A stretch of 64,000 nt of DNA. Source: Marsupella aquatica (lineage: Eukaryota; Plantae; Marchantiophyta). Under the pieces are notes generated by a model. It had not been told where the DNA came from and did not search any database. It saw nothing but the letters and a program-made list of their open reading frames with translations. Numbering within the stretch: position 1 is the stretch's first letter; each line of letters begins with the position of its first letter. A program made the translations under genes and the position numbers. Shown piece after piece: positions 63,561 to 64,000 of this stretch. The stretch spans positions 6,838,232 through 6,902,231 of the forward strand of contig OZ316896.1 of assembly GCA_973895155.1 (NCBI GenBank). The letters are read 5' to 3'.

Positions 63561-64000
63561 CATATGCTTTATTTATATTATTTGATTTCATTCACATTTA
63601 ATATGTATTCTAGTCTTACTCTCTAATTTTGTTCACTTAGTATCACTACCAGACAAAAAGTAAAGCTTGTTTAGGGTGAGCATGCTATACTATATCTGGA
63701 ATTGCTTTTCAGAGTCAAATCCTAACAATAACCCTTAAATGCCTCCATCCTCTGCTTCTGCTGAACAGGTTTTCCTCAACCACCTCGAAATTGCGTGCAA
63801 CTTTTCCTATTTCACTTTCTTTCCAATGAGCTTTTGTACTCAGTCTTGGATCCATGTCTGCCTGCTCTCAACTCCGAATTCAGCCTCTTTACCATTATGC
63901 CTCTAATACTCTAAGTCCCTTGACTTCAATTCTTATCCAAGGGAGATTACTGCTTGAACTCTGTCACCTGAAAATCTCCACAACAGCTCTTCTTCATTTA

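Noticed and set aside
63310-63591. 93-aa ORF with a 34-aa repeat
   Set aside because: By-product of a 102-bp AT-rich tandem duplication.

Overview
Eukaryotic, intron-containing, transposon-rich plant DNA, probably a non-seed plant such as a liverwort (inference). Only two host genes look intact: a 10-coding-exon IWS1/SPN1 gene (25354-29928, +) and an intronless SMT2-type sterol methyltransferase (48226-49332, -). The rest is mobile DNA. (1) 1-16130 is a near-perfect ~3.2-copy head-to-tail array (5067-bp unit) of a gag-only, Athila-type (tRNA-Asp PBS) LTR element sharing LTRs. (2) A second Ty3-like gag is split by a 4013-bp TG..CA insert with a 5-bp target-site duplication. The insert looks like a solo LTR but carries a ~780-codon plant-transposon/coiled-coil reading frame, and a diverged homolog starts at 58234. 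(3) At ~31.4-39.1 kb a Mutator-like (DDE + SWIM) transposon carries a divergently oriented, decayed gene with a ParB/Srx-like DGNHR domain and a bacterial N4/N6-DNA-methyltransferase-like SAM-binding end. An 18-bp palindrome recurs in its non-coding parts, and a second partial copy lies at ~54.7-56.3 kb. This is the most interesting candidate system. Also present are pogo, Harbinger-like, Helitron/PIF1, LINE and Ty3-pol remnants, short LTRs, a ~205-bp SINE-like repeat in three copies and a CML EF-hand fragment. All family assignments come from motif recognition by eye, not database searches.
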